From NCBI GenBank assembly GCA_907165135.1, contig OU015570.1, positions 1,819,929 through 1,883,928 on the forward strand: a stretch of DNA of 64,000 nucleotides, written 5' to 3'. A model generated the notes under the pieces. The model made no database searches. It had not been told where the DNA came from and was given only the letters and a program-made list of their open reading frames with translations. Each line of letters starts with the position of its first letter. Within the stretch, counting starts at the first letter, position 1. Made by a program: the position numbers and the translations under genes. Positions 10,598 to 22,251 of this stretch are shown here, piece by piece. This stretch comes from Oikopleura dioica (lineage: Eukaryota; Animalia; Chordata).

Positions 10598-11323
10598 GAT
10601 TGGATCGTGACCATTATGATGAACAATTTTAAAGTTGAAGTTTTGAAGATAGTGTTGGATCGTTGCAAGTCGGTGGTCGAGTGCTTTTCTCGAATGTTTT
10701 TTGTAGAGTTAGAGAAGTGATTTGTGATCGGTGACAGCGGTAAATTCGACCCCGAGAAGATAGTATTCGAAGTAACGCATACTTTTCATAAGAGCGATAA
10801 GTTCTTTTTCACGCATTGATCACGGTTTTATTAAATGGTCTTGAAAAGTAACCAAGAGCTGTGAGATTAGTTCCATCTTGACATTGGTAAAGACATGCAC
10901 CCATCGCGTGTCCAGAAGCGTCGGATACCAAGGTAAGAGGCGCATTTTCCATGAAATGTCCGAGAGATGGTCGTTCCAAAAGTTTTTCTTTTATCTTTTC
11001 AAATGCATCTTGGTGTTCTTGTTGCCAGATATAATTGACTTTTGAGCTGGTAAGTTTGTATAATGGACTCAGAATAATTGATGCGTTCTTGACGTATTTC
11101 GCGTTGTAATTGATCATTCCAATTGCTCGTTTTAGGGATTGACGATCAGTTGGCGGCTCAAGGTCCTTGATACATTTGATGTGCTTGTCGGTGATTGTAA
11201 TTCCGTCTTTGGTGATTCGATGACCAAGAAATTCGGTTGTCGATTTGCAAAGATTAACCTTTGGGCCGTTTAATAGTAATCCATTGTCCACACAGACTTG
11301 AAATACAAAACGTAGAGTTTTAA
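10598..11323 (-). pseudogene. pol: RT C-terminus and RNase H of element A (frameshift near 10810, TAA near 10710)
   Basis: FLGHRITKDG; LVSDASGHAMGACLYQ; EKELIALMKS; TDHKSLL*. Confidence 0.9.
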
Positions 11324-12069
11324 GGGACCCCGCCGACCGAGCTCCGCGTGCGCTTCTCGCTCTTTTTCACTCTCACTCTTCAGCTGGTTAAATTTTTCGA
11401 TTATCGTGATTTTTGTACACGAACTAATCTTTTATGCTCTTTCATCTCCATTTCTTAAAATTTTCATAGCTTATTGCTGTGCTGAGTTAAGGCGAAAACG
11501 TTCACGCTCGATTTCAAGTGTACATAAGTACTCGAAATATTCGGATTGACACTTCGAGACTGCCCTCATTGAAAAGCCCGTGTCTTCTTTCACAAGGCTT
11601 ACTTATTGAAATTTTATGAAAATATATGTAGTTCTCGTAATCGAGCGGTTTATAAAGGTTCTTCTGACCAGCGCAGCGGAATCCCGCGCCAACAGTGTAA
11701 AATGGCCGTGTTTCACGCCGAGCGCTCCAGGTACCCCGCATTAATCCGACGATAATCAGATAAGTAAACGTTTCCAGGAAATCTCAATAAGTAGACCTTA
11801 TGCAAGAATGCACGGGCTTTTCAATGAGGGCAGTCTCGAAGTGTCAATCCGAATATTTCGAGGACTTATGTACACTTGAAAGAGAGCGCTAATGTTTTCG
11901 CCCTAACTCAGCGTAACGATAAGCTATGAAAATTTTAAGAAATGTAGATGAAAGAGCATAAAAAGTTGTTAGTGTGCAAGAAATATCGATAATCGAAAAA
12001 ATTTAACCAGCTGAAGAGTGAGAGTGAAAAGAGCTTGAATCGCGCGCGGAGCTCGGTCGGCGGGGTCCC
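11324..12069. mobile_element. 746-bp foldback MITE with TTAA target duplication (Kolobok/T2-like termini GGGACCCC...GGGGTCCC)
   Basis: TTAA at 11320-11323 and 12070-12073; ~300-bp imperfect inverted arms. Removing the element restores the RT frame (DHVKTLRFVF). Confidence 0.9.
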
Positions 12070-13250
12070 TTAACGTGGTCTTCAAACGTCGAATTGAGGA
12101 TAACAACATCGTCAAGATAGATAAGGATACTGGGATGGTTGAAGAGTTTTGCCATGATTCTGCTAAAGGCAGCTGGAGCAGTGCTGGTACCGTAGAGCAT
12201 GCGGTTAGAGCAGTAGTGTTTTGAGTCGAAACTGAATGCTAGTTTCTTTGTATCCTGATCGGCAACTCTGATTTGCCAATATCCTCTAGAAAAATCGACC
12301 TGTGAGAAGAAGCATTCTGTACCACTTCTGAGCTTTTTGCCAATTTTGGTGAAGATCGAGCTGAGGTGAGGGATCGGAAAGCGGTCGGGTATAAGAAGCT
12401 TGTTCAGTTCACGAGCGTCCAAACTGAGTCTGATCGATTTGTTGGGTTTTTGAAGAACGAGAAGGGGAATATTGAAGGCTGATTGGGCAAGGGATATGAA
12501 TCCAAGGTCTAGCCACTGAATAATTTGGGCCTTTACTTTTTCGTTAAGGTGGATCGGAACTCGACGAGGTGGTTCATGAGCACTTTTTGTCTCATCGTGG
12601 AGCGGAAGGGTAAACCTTAGATATGCGAGCTGACCAATATCAGAGGTGTCCATGGAGAAGGCGAGTCTGCATTCGAATATCAGTTTGTTGAGTTGATCTT
12701 GCTGAGCAGGTGTCGTATCACCAAGAGATTTGACAACGGGTATGAAATTGATGTCGTTTGCTTTCTTACTTCTTCGCTCTTGAAAAGCCTCGAGTTCGAG
12801 CTTGTCAGAAGTTTTGTCTTCGACTTCGATAATTGCATTGAGGAAGGCGGCTGGGTTCAAAGGGATTCGTGGAACTTTCACTTTGTTAATGAGCACATAG
12901 TTTGATTCGATGTCGCATGAGAATTCTTTGATAACATCCATACCAAGAAGAATAGGGACCGAAAGATTATCGACAATGAGCGGTTTCACATTGAGAACAA
13001 GAGGAGCAGAGCAGGTTTCGACCTTGAGTTTGATATTTTCTGTAGAGATCTTAGGATTAATAATTGTGTTCGCGATTGATACAGGATTCGCGGATCTTGA
13101 GCTTAAATTAAGACCTTTGAGATCGGAGCGCAGAGCAGTTTGCGTTGCTCCCGTATCAACAAGAGCAGGCCATTCGTTAGAGTCGATCTTGGCTTTTACG
13201 AAAACCAATTTTTGTGATATGCAGGAGGCAAGGAGACTGTTAACGGTTAG
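12070..13250 (-). CDS. pol: Protease and RT N-terminal part of element A pol
   Basis: ALVDTGAT; IRLSLDARELN; VDFSRGYWQI; YGTSTAPAAF; YLDD. Confidence 0.95.
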
Positions 13251-14474
13251 TCATTCTGTCTTTTTGACAGCATCGAGAACAGATTGTGGTGGATCATCTG
13301 AGTGAACGTATTTGCAGGAGGTTCCAAATCTGCACTTTTTGTTTTTGGTATAGGCGATGCAATGTCCTTCCATGAGCTTTGTATCAACTCGTTTTTGTGT
13401 CTTCTTCTTCTTCGTTTCTTGTTGAGCTTCGGCGGCTTGATTCTTTATCTCAGATCGCAAGAGATTAATTTGAGATTCGATGTACTCTTTGCTTGCAGAA
13501 GTGAAGACTCCTTCGGTGATTGGTGTGATGCTTCGCTCAAGTTCTGCTGCGCGGTTTGATATATTATCGTAGTTTAGAGTACTTTTTTCTCGGCTCAGAA
13601 GCTCTTTGAGCCTGGGTTCTTGGCATCCTATGAAGTGTTCAACTAGAAGATCTAATTCTGAATCGAGAAGTTCTGATCGGTTGTAAGCGTTCATGAAATA
13701 GTCTGTTAGTTTTGCCAAAGCGATTCCACATGAATCTGATCCTCTTTGATACGTTCGAAGCTGATGGCGATAGTATTCTTTTGAGCGTCCAAGAATAGAT
13801 ATAAGTTTCTTGCGAAAGCTGTCCCAAGAATTCATATGTTCTGTTTTGAGAGCACGGCGAATGGTAACACCTGTTTCATCATTCATCATTTGAGCAAGAG
13901 AATTTTTGATCAGATCCTTTTCGGAACATTGGTTACATTCTTGGTAGATTTCCATTTGTTGAAGAAAGCTATCAATGGGCAGTGAGCTGTCGTACTTGGC
14001 TGGTTTGATCGAATGTGTCGTATCCTTATGCACACTTGAGCTTTGTGTGGACTCATTATTTTCTTGGCTTTGCGACTCAGTGGATTTTTGTTGAGGTCTC
14101 TCTGTATTCGGTTCTAGCTTGATTTCCTTTTCTTCTTCTTCGATCTTGGTAAGAATTTGGGTGAGAGATGCCATTTCAATTGATTCGTTCAAATTTTGAA
14201 CGTTGATTTTGTAGTCCTCTCTGATTGTCTTTTGCGGAGCCTCGCCAGTATAATCGGGTTCATATTTGATGTCAGTTCCGGTTTTTCGAAAGTGGTATTT
14301 CTTTTGAAGGTCATCGAAGAACGTAGGGATGATCGTGAGCAAGTTAAGAATCAATCCCTTTTTGCTGAACACAGGGAACGCGAGTGGATAATTTCCATCA
14401 GGGTGGGCATCATAAATAAGGGCAAGTTCCTTGCTTGTAAGGTCGAGGCAATATTTGAAGTACACCTCCCCCAT
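13251..14474 (-). CDS. gag: Gag of element A, 407 aa, C-terminal CCCH zinc finger
   Basis: Open frame downstream of LTR/PBS with a capsid-like helical region (IDSFLQQMEIY...YRHQLRTYQRG...LVEHFIG). Ends with CIAYTKNKKCRFGTSCKYVH. Confidence 0.92.
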   Translation of the reverse strand: MGEVYFKYCLDLTSKELALIYDAHPDGNYPLAFPVFSKKGLILNLLTIIPTFFDDLQKKYHFRKTGTDIKYEPDYTGEAPQKTIREDYKINVQNLNESIEMASLTQILTKIEEEEKEIKLEPNTERPQQKSTESQSQENNESTQSSSVHKDTTHSIKPAKYDSSLPIDSFLQQMEIYQECNQCSEKDLIKNSLAQMMNDETGVTIRRALKTEHMNSWDSFRKKLISILGRSKEYYRHQLRTYQRGSDSCGIALAKLTDYFMNAYNRSELLDSELDLLVEHFIGCQEPRLKELLSREKSTLNYDNISNRAAELERSITPITEGVFTSASKEYIESQINLLRSEIKNQAAEAQQETKKKKTQKRVDTKLMEGHCIAYTKNKKCRFGTSCKYVHSDDPPQSVLDAVKKTE

Positions 14475-14552
14475 TTTGTCAAGTAATTACCGCTGTTTAG
14501 GATTTCCGGTGAGAGCAGGTTTCTTCGGGGTATCGTTTTCTCTAGCAGTTTT

Positions 14553-14564
14553 CTTCAGTCACCA
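14553..14564 (-). promoter_or_regulatory. Primer-binding site of element A
   Basis: TGGTGACTGAAG 3 nt after the LTR CA end. The first 7 nt fit the 3' end of eukaryotic tRNA-Trp. Confidence 0.75.
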
Positions 14565-14567
14565 ATT

Positions 14568-15029
14568 TGTTGGGACTTTATCTCTGCAGGAATGAGCCGG
14601 AGTTTGTAAAAAGAGTATTTTATTATTTGATGTTGTCTCGATCTGGACAAGTGGATGAATGAGTGAACAGGACTGGTTGGAGCTTGTTTATATACTCTAA
14701 GGCTACCATGGTAGAAATGATACCATGGTGAGGATGGAAACTATGTAACACTAGTTGAACTTGGGTCACAGTAGTAAAGTATCATTAATGATTGTATGAG
14801 AGTAGCAATAGTGATAAGAACAAGGTCATGAGGATGAGAGCATAACGGCGACGGTGGATCAGTAGCCATCATGGTAAAATTTTGAACGAGTATACGCGGA
14901 TAGCAATGTATTTCGCAGAGGCGGCGGCGAATGATCGACCGTGGTGGTGATTTGTTCACGCCCGCGGCGGTGAGAGTAGATTTATGATAATAGACTTTTG
15001 ATGATTGCAGCGGAGATAGAATCCCAATA
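14568..15029 (-). repeat. 5' LTR of element A
   Basis: Matches 7397-7858 with one substitution seen (GTGGTAAG vs GTGATAAG). Confidence 0.95.
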
Positions 15030-15895
15030 AATGGATCACCTAACTTCTAGATAACAATTCGCTATCCCAGTAGTACGAGTACTCAAGGGATGTTTGATAG
15101 AGAACTAGAAATGAGTTCGTTTGAAGTTGCAATAGATGCTGTGTTGTTGAGTATGCTGTGTTGGGTAGATGCTGAGTAAAAGGCTGATGTTTGTTTTTGG
15201 GTTTCTGTAGTAGAAGTGATTGTATTCAGAATCGGAGCAGTTTATATAGTCACAGGAAAGGGAGGCGGTAGAGAGTACAGGGGTAAGAGAGTGACTTAAA
15301 GGCGCCACCGGAAGTGGGCAGGAGAATTTGACAATAGGATCAGGATGGAGCTGGAATTGTGATGAGCGGAAGCGCGCGCCGCGGGCCGGATGTGATAAGG
15401 CGGCGGGCGTCCATTGTTATTGTGATCGAGATGACTCTTGATGCGATGAGTCATAGGATAGGAATTTGCGAGGATGGGCAAAAGGACATGGGCGTAAAGT
15501 GAAGTTTGACTTTTACCGGCCAGAACTATTTTAGAATTTTCACTGAAAAATCGCTCTTGCACCAAATGCGCCAAGACAGCGCGCGCCGCACCACCAAAAC
15601 CTCGACAAGCGCTTCTGATTTTTGTATTTTTAGAATCAGCGGGTCAAATTAAGCTTATGGTGAAATTTTTAGAAAAAGTGATACTACGACTTTTTAGTGA
15701 ACTACCATTTTCGCGTGAGAAACCGTAGGTATGAGAATTTTAATTTTTCAAATTTCTTTATATTAAAATTTATCGTTTCTTCCCAAATAAATGAGTCAAA
15801 CATCCTTTCAAAAAAAATTGAACTCGCAGAAAGAATTATTCTGAGTAAGCAATAAATTTAGAAAGATTATTTCATAATTTATATCATATAAATTA

Positions 15896-16294
15896 CAGTT
15901 AATTATGGAATTTTTGGACATTTTTTGTCCCAAGATTTTCGCGAAAATGTCCATAAATTTGGTACACGCGGCCAAAAAAAATATCCCATCCAAATCGCTT
16001 AAAAAATTTTTTTTGAGAAAAATCTCCATCATTCTTTGTTTAATCCTTCTTCTAAAGACAAAAAATGTTTTAGGGGTACGAGATCAACCTTCAATCTTAT
16101 CTTTCTCAAAGAAAAAGTAAGATTTTAATATGAAAAAACTTCATATCTGGCAAAAATAACAGAAAATTTAAAAATACGGCGCAGAAAATGTCCAAAAATT
16201 TGATACGGGCACTTTTGAAAAGTGTCCCAAGAAAACCCCATAAAATAGCAAAAATGTCCAAAAATTTGATGTCCAAAAATTCCATAAAAAACTG
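15896..16294 (-). mobile_element. Tc1/mariner-type MITE (399 bp)
   Basis: TA-CAGTTAATTATGGAATTTTTGGACAT ... ATGTCCAAAAATTCCATAAAAAACTG-TA; inverted copy of 17351-17744. Confidence 0.9.
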
Positions 16295-16878
16295 TATATG
16301 ATGACATCAAGAAAATAAATTAAAATGTAAATGTAGCTCTTCTTCTGAATATTAGAATCTGAAAAGATCCGAAAAAATAAATGTTTTGCAAAAACTGTCT
16401 ATTCCTTAATCGCGAAGAGCCCTGAACCGTATGTGCAATTGAGTCTCAGAGACTAGATGTATCTTTAGTTGACGAGAGTTCAATTACATGTCATTTATTT
16501 AGCATAAGCTTTTCGCCAATTACGGCTTCTTCAGTGCTTTTGAGATGCAGTGCTTCAGTGCTTTTGAGAGCCGTAGTAACTCGATGATACGATGGCGCAG
16601 CAAAAACATTTAATCGGTAGAATGATGGCACCCCTGTAAACCTTAGACGGCAAGGGTGCATCATCTGTGGATCCGGCCAAAGAATAAGCTCTAAAAAGGC
16701 AAGAAATCGTAGGGCTATTTATCGATGAGCTACCCTTCGGCAACCTTTCTGCTATTCTCGGTAATGGTAAGGCAACAGCCTTATTTTGAGAATAATTCAA
16801 ATTGATAATGCAAGGGGTTTCGCCAGTGGGAGAATCGACTTCTTTGCACTTGACCTGGACGGATGAAATTTTGGTGAT

Positions 16879-17075
16879 TCCTGGTTTGGTACGAATCCTG
16901 GTTTGGTACGAATCATGGTTTGGTATGAATCCTGGTTTGGTACGAATCATGGTTTGGTATGAATCCTGGTTTGGTACGAATCATGGTTTGGTATGAATCC
17001 TGGTTTGGTACGAATTTCAAAATCATACCAAACCATGATCTGTACCAAACCAGGATTCGTACCAAACCAGGAAAA
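16879..17075. repeat. 17-bp tandem repeat (CCTGGTTTGGTACGAAT) with inverted units, part of a dispersed element
   Basis: ~8 direct and ~3 inverted units. Related copies with the same flank occur at ~20150-20450 and ~45510-45815. Confidence 0.85.
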
Positions 17076-17350
17076 TCGAGGGTGAAAAATCCCAAAAATT
17101 GAAAAATGAAATCATCGACTCTTATCAATTGTCCTTGACCCCCCTTTAACCTCAATATTTGATATTATTTTTCAGGAAGGAGATCTCATTTCTCAGAATC
17201 TTCAAGATATTTTTACACGAGCTTGTCTGAGCAATAATTTGATATCGCATGCTCATTTTGAAGGTGTAAGGGGCATCCCGGCCTTTCAAACCCAGGCGAA
17301 TTCCCGGGCCCGGGTTTGTTATTTCTTTTGTTCGAGTCAGATACCCTTTA

Positions 17351-17744
17351 CAGTTTTTTATGGAATTTTTGGACATCAAATTTTTGGACATTTTTGCTAT
17401 TTTATGGGGTTTTCTTGGGACACTTTTCAAAAGTGCCCGTATCAAATTTTTGGACATTTTCTGCGCCGTATTTTTAAATTTTCTGTTATTTTTGCCAGAT
17501 ATGAAGTTTTTTCATATTAAAATCTTACTTTTTCTTTGAGAAAGATAAGATTGAAGGTTGATCTCGTACCCCTAAAACATTTTTGTCTTTAGAAGAAGGA
17601 TTAAACAAAGAATGATGGAGATTTTTCTCAAAAAAATTTTTAAGCGATTTGGATGGGATATTTTTTGGCCGCGTGTACCAAATTTATGGACATTTTCGCG
17701 AAAATCTTGGGACAAAAAATGTCCAAAAATTCCATAATTAACTG
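17351..17744 (+). mobile_element. Tc1/mariner-type MITE (394 bp)
   Basis: 26-bp imperfect TIRs starting CAGTT, with flanking TA. Confidence 0.9.
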
Positions 17745-18725
17745 TATGACAAAACTGCGAAATTTGCGGAGACGGGTACAAATTTATGAAAATTTCACGG
17801 AATCCGGATTTTATTTTTCTGTGGCCTTACATACGGGGCTGATGAGGGGCTCATTTTAAGGGGGAGAGCGACGAGAATTGGGATTTCCGTGACCGAAAAT
17901 GCGGGAAAAACTGATAACAAAGGAGAACTCTGACGAAACTGGTGAATAGAAAAAGGTTGAAAAAATTAGAAAAAATTTGGCCAGAAAAAATAAGTCGAAA
18001 ATTCCGTCAAAGTAGAGCCATTCTCGCGAAAATGCACCAAAATTGGGATCCCCCGATTTCGCCAACTTTGAGGTCGAACTACTTTTTTGGGCTTAGCTAT
18101 CATCGAGGTAAGGATCAAGGAGAGGAATTATCAAGGAATGTAGAATTTTTCTTTACAAAAACTTTTCCTACTGATTTTTCCAATTTTTATGACTTTCTAT
18201 GCTCTCTAGCACCCCTTAGTGATTAGATATACGGTATATCATATATCATATATCTAATTACTAAGAGAAATCTCATTTTAACTAATTTTTTTAGTTCAGC
18301 TTATTCTAAGCTTTCTATAGAGTAGGGCTCGCCATGAAATCTTGAAGTCGCGAGCGAGTATGTTTTTCTGATTCCCCATTTTCTAAAACCCAAAAGTCTC
18401 CATATAACCACACCCTTAAACTCAGCCAAAAAAATTTTAGAGCGAATTTTCGATAAAAATGGCTCTTTTTCGGGGTCTCATTGCTTAACCGAAAAAATAA
18501 ACAAAGAAAACCTCTCAAAACTCCTTATATTTGATATGAATATAAAGCTGGGAGTCTGAGCTTTAATAAGCAGTATTGGTTCGGGTTCTATCTAAGAATT
18601 TTTAGTGAAAAAAATGGCTTTTTTTGAGAAAAAAACAAAAATTGACGTTATTTTTTATCAATCATTCAATTTTTTTCGGTACTTTACTTCGATTCTCCCC
18701 AGATCTGAGACTAGACTCTTACAGA

Positions 18726-20573
18726 AGGCGTTAACCACAGCTAATCGAGCTCTGATTGCCATGCTTATATGCTTTATGACATGCATTCAATAATAATTAC
18801 TAAATATCAAAGAGTCTAGAATCATGAGTTGACAACATTTGTTTATTTCAGTGAAAAAAAAAACAAGTTTTCATCTAGAACGGTTAACGGACATTATAAA
18901 CAAACAGACATAATAAACAAACGGACATTATCAACAAAACGGACATTATAAACATTTTTTAATTTATAAAAATCAGAACGGATATTATTAACAAAACGGA
19001 CATTATAAACATTTCTTGAATTTCTGAAAGTTACAACGGACATTATAAACAAAACGGACATTACTAGTCGGAGTCCAAAATAAGGGACACCAAGATAAGG
19101 GACTTTTTGGCTCAAAATGCCGAAAATCAGCGGCAGAAAAAAATCGAATTTAAGGGACTTTCTGAGATTAGTAAGCTCTTTCGGTTAGCTCAGAGCCAAT
19201 AAATGGTATCAATAACCTTGATTTTAATCAGTTTTCCCGCAAACTGAAGTGATTTTCTTTTGAGTATATGGTTTCCTCTTTCAAAAATGTCATAAAAGCC
19301 ACAAAAACAATGACTTCAGCTTATTTTGCCGCAAAAAATATACTTTGAAAAAATTTGGCAGCGACATATTTTTTGCTTTGATGACCCAATTTAAGGGACT
19401 TTTTTCGAAAATTTTGGAGCAAAAAAGTCCCTTATTTTGGACTCTGACTGTATAAACAAACAGACATTATATACATTTTTTATTTTGTTTATAAATTATA
19501 AATTATAATGTCTGTTTGTTTATAATGTCCGTTCTGATTTTCATAAATTAAAAAATGTTTATAATGTCCGTTTTGTTTATAATGTCCGTTTGTTTATAAT
19601 GTCCGTTTGTTTATAATGTCCGCTTACCATCTAAAACAGGATAAAAGAGAAGATTCAATGCAATATGACGAGAATACACTTGATACAAAGATTCATCGGA
19701 AAAGACGATTTTCTATCCTCTCACTAAGTTAAACGTCTCTTTCGGGACTGAAAAGTGTTTATTAGCTTCGAAGAAATCTAGTTTGACTTTATAGGAGACC
19801 ATTTGCTACCAGTTGCTACCAGCTCTGATGACATTGCTACCTGCGACCATTTGCTACCAAAAGTGGTAGCAATGGTAGCATGCTACCGTTTGGTCGCTTG
19901 GCAGTGGCACTCGCCATTTTCTTTCAGATTTCGAACTCTGGGCACACGGGAATCAATCTCGAATATATTTATTAACCCTGGTAGGTGAGAGCAGAAAATA
20001 AAAAATATATACCGGTTTCATCGGTATATAATATACCGTATATTATATTTTATGTTATACTTGTGAAGTCAGGGTAAAAATGATAAAATTATACCGTGGG
20101 CGACAAATTTCACGACGTAGCGCTATATACATCGGGGCTATGCAGGTGTTTCCTGGTTTGGTACGAATCCTGGTTTGACACGAATCATGGTTTGGTTCGA
20201 ATCCTGGTTTGGTACGAATTTCAAAATCACACCAAACCATGATCTGTACCAAACCAGGATTCGTACCAAACTAGGAAAATCGAGGGTAGAAAATCTCAAA
20301 AATTGAAAAATGAAATCATCGACTCTTATTAATTGTGCTTGACCCCCCCCATTCAGCCTCAATATTTGAAATTATTTTTCAGGAGGAAGATCTCATTTCT
20401 AAGAATCTTCAAGATACTTTTTCACGAGCTCATCTGAGCAATAATTTGGAATCAGATGCTCATCATGATGTGTCTGTAGAAAAGTAAAGAGAAATTTTAA
20501 CCTTTCGATTGGTTTTATTGTGAAATTGAATAATTTTGTCTTGTGTCAAGCGTAAAATCAGCTGGGTAAAGTG
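18726..20573 (+). repeat. Left arm of ~1.85-kb inverted duplication (right arm 45394-47318)
   Basis: Near-identical reverse complement; the same ORF translations appear on opposite strands. Made up of MITEs and ACGGACATTATAAAC repeats. Confidence 0.92.
19064..19450. mobile_element. Tc1/mariner-type MITE inserted in ACGGACATTATAAAC repeat array
   Basis: TIR AGTCRGAGTCCAAAATAAGGGAC; removal restores GGACATTATAAAC (TA duplication). Confidence 0.8.
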
Positions 20574-21275
20574 GGTCAGTTGGTCAATGATTCGAATCAG
20601 CGGGTCGTCACTCTGTCGATTTGAATCAGGTCAGCAAGTAGATAAAATGATAGGAAAGGTGTGATGTAATAGGCGTAAAACTCATATATAAAATATTTAC
20701 AAAATGTAGAGTTTTTCTACAGTCGTGTCAGCCATCAGTCATCGGCGGGTTTTGAAATCGTTTGATATGCATTGAAAAAAAAAATTTCTAGGATGCTGAT
20801 TTAGTGAGTCATTGTCATGAGGCTGTTAAGGGCGAATCTTGTCAGGCTCTGCTAGTTCTGTCGTATGCGGGTTTGGCGAAGTCAATAGGTCGAGTAGTCT
20901 TTCTTTTCTGGCTAAACAAAGGTCGAGTACTTGAAAAATCTAAATTATTCAAGGGATCGAAAAGTATTTTCGGCAGAAGTTTTCGTCCATATGAGCTACC
21001 GTGGGCGAGAGATATCACGACGGAGTCTGAGGGCCCGGGCCGGGGTTTTGAATATTTCGCGCACATTCAAGTATTTTCCCATGCCTGATGGAGGACTTTT
21101 ATCTGGTGGAAGACCCAATTGATGGAAGATAGGTCTAACCTAGACTCTTTAAGATTATTTAATCTTTAACTTATAAATAGATAATAATTTTAAAAATCTT
21201 GATCATGTGACTCTTGGAGGACCCCTGGAGGACCTTTTCTGGTGGAAGACCGGCCTTCCTGGAAGACCCTTAAAT

Positions 21276-21650
21276 TCAGCCCCGTTCCATGATTTTTAAA
21301 TTTAAGGGGCTTGACGGCCCTTAGTGCCGTCTCAGCCCCGTTCCATGATTTTTAAATTTAAGGGGCTTGACGGCCCTTAGGGCCGTCTCAGCCCCGTTCC
21401 ATGATTTTTAAATTTAAGGGGCTTGACGGCCCTTAGGGCCGTCTCAGCCCCGTTCCATGATTTTTAAATTTAAGGGGCTTGACGGCCCTTAGGGCCGTCT
21501 CAGCCCCTTCCATGATTTTTAAATTTAAGGGCTTGACGGCCCTTAGGGCCGTCTCAGCCCCCTTCCATGATTTTTAAATTTAAGGGGCTTGACAATGGCT
21601 GGGAACTCCTAGGTGATCAATCTCAGTCCCCAACCCCGCCCACACCCATC
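21276..21650 (-). repeat. Dispersed G-run/56-bp-unit element, copy 3 (~6 units)
   Basis: Units carry array-specific variants (hairpin loop TAA, GAGAC, CATG). Confidence 0.9.
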
Positions 21651-22251
21651 GTTTTTAAAATTCAAATGGATCAAGTTTTCAATTATGTTATGGTTTTGAA
21701 TATATTTTTAAATTTAAAGATTTTATTTGATTATTATTTAAAAATTATTATTATTTAGTTTATTTTTTATTAAAACAAAATCAAAGTTATCAAAATTGAA
21801 GGAAGAAGAAGTTTCTTAGGTCAATTATTGAGAGAGGTGAATTGTGAAAAATGTTTCTAGACGGGGGGTTGTTGTTGTTCTTCGCGGAGGACCCACTCCC
21901 ACGGGGCGCAAGATGCGCGCCAAAAAGAGCAAAAAGATTGGGACGAGAAAAACACGCGCAAATGCCCCAATCTATTTCGCTCTCCGTCGTGAAATCTCTC
22001 GCCCACGGTATGACAAAGCCGAGGGGTCCAAATTAACGCTTATCGTGAGCTGTCTCCAGATCAATTTACAGATTGTTATTTGCTTTCTTCGTTTTCGAGT
22101 GAAAATCGGATGAATTTTCGAAAATTTTGTCCGGACAATTTTTTTTTCGAATTGCAAAATCTTCTAGAACAACAATGAATCATCGCCACAAGCTTGGTGA
22201 TGGCTCAAAATGCTCCTCTTGTCGATGTCAAACGGATCCACTTTGCAGAAA

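Larger units (their letters stand above)
7397..15029 (-). mobile_element. Near full-length Ty3/gypsy LTR retrotransposon (element A)
   Basis: Two 462-bp LTRs, AATG flanking duplication (7393-7396 / 15030-15033), PBS, PPT, and gag-PR-RT-RH-IN domain order. Confidence 0.95.
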
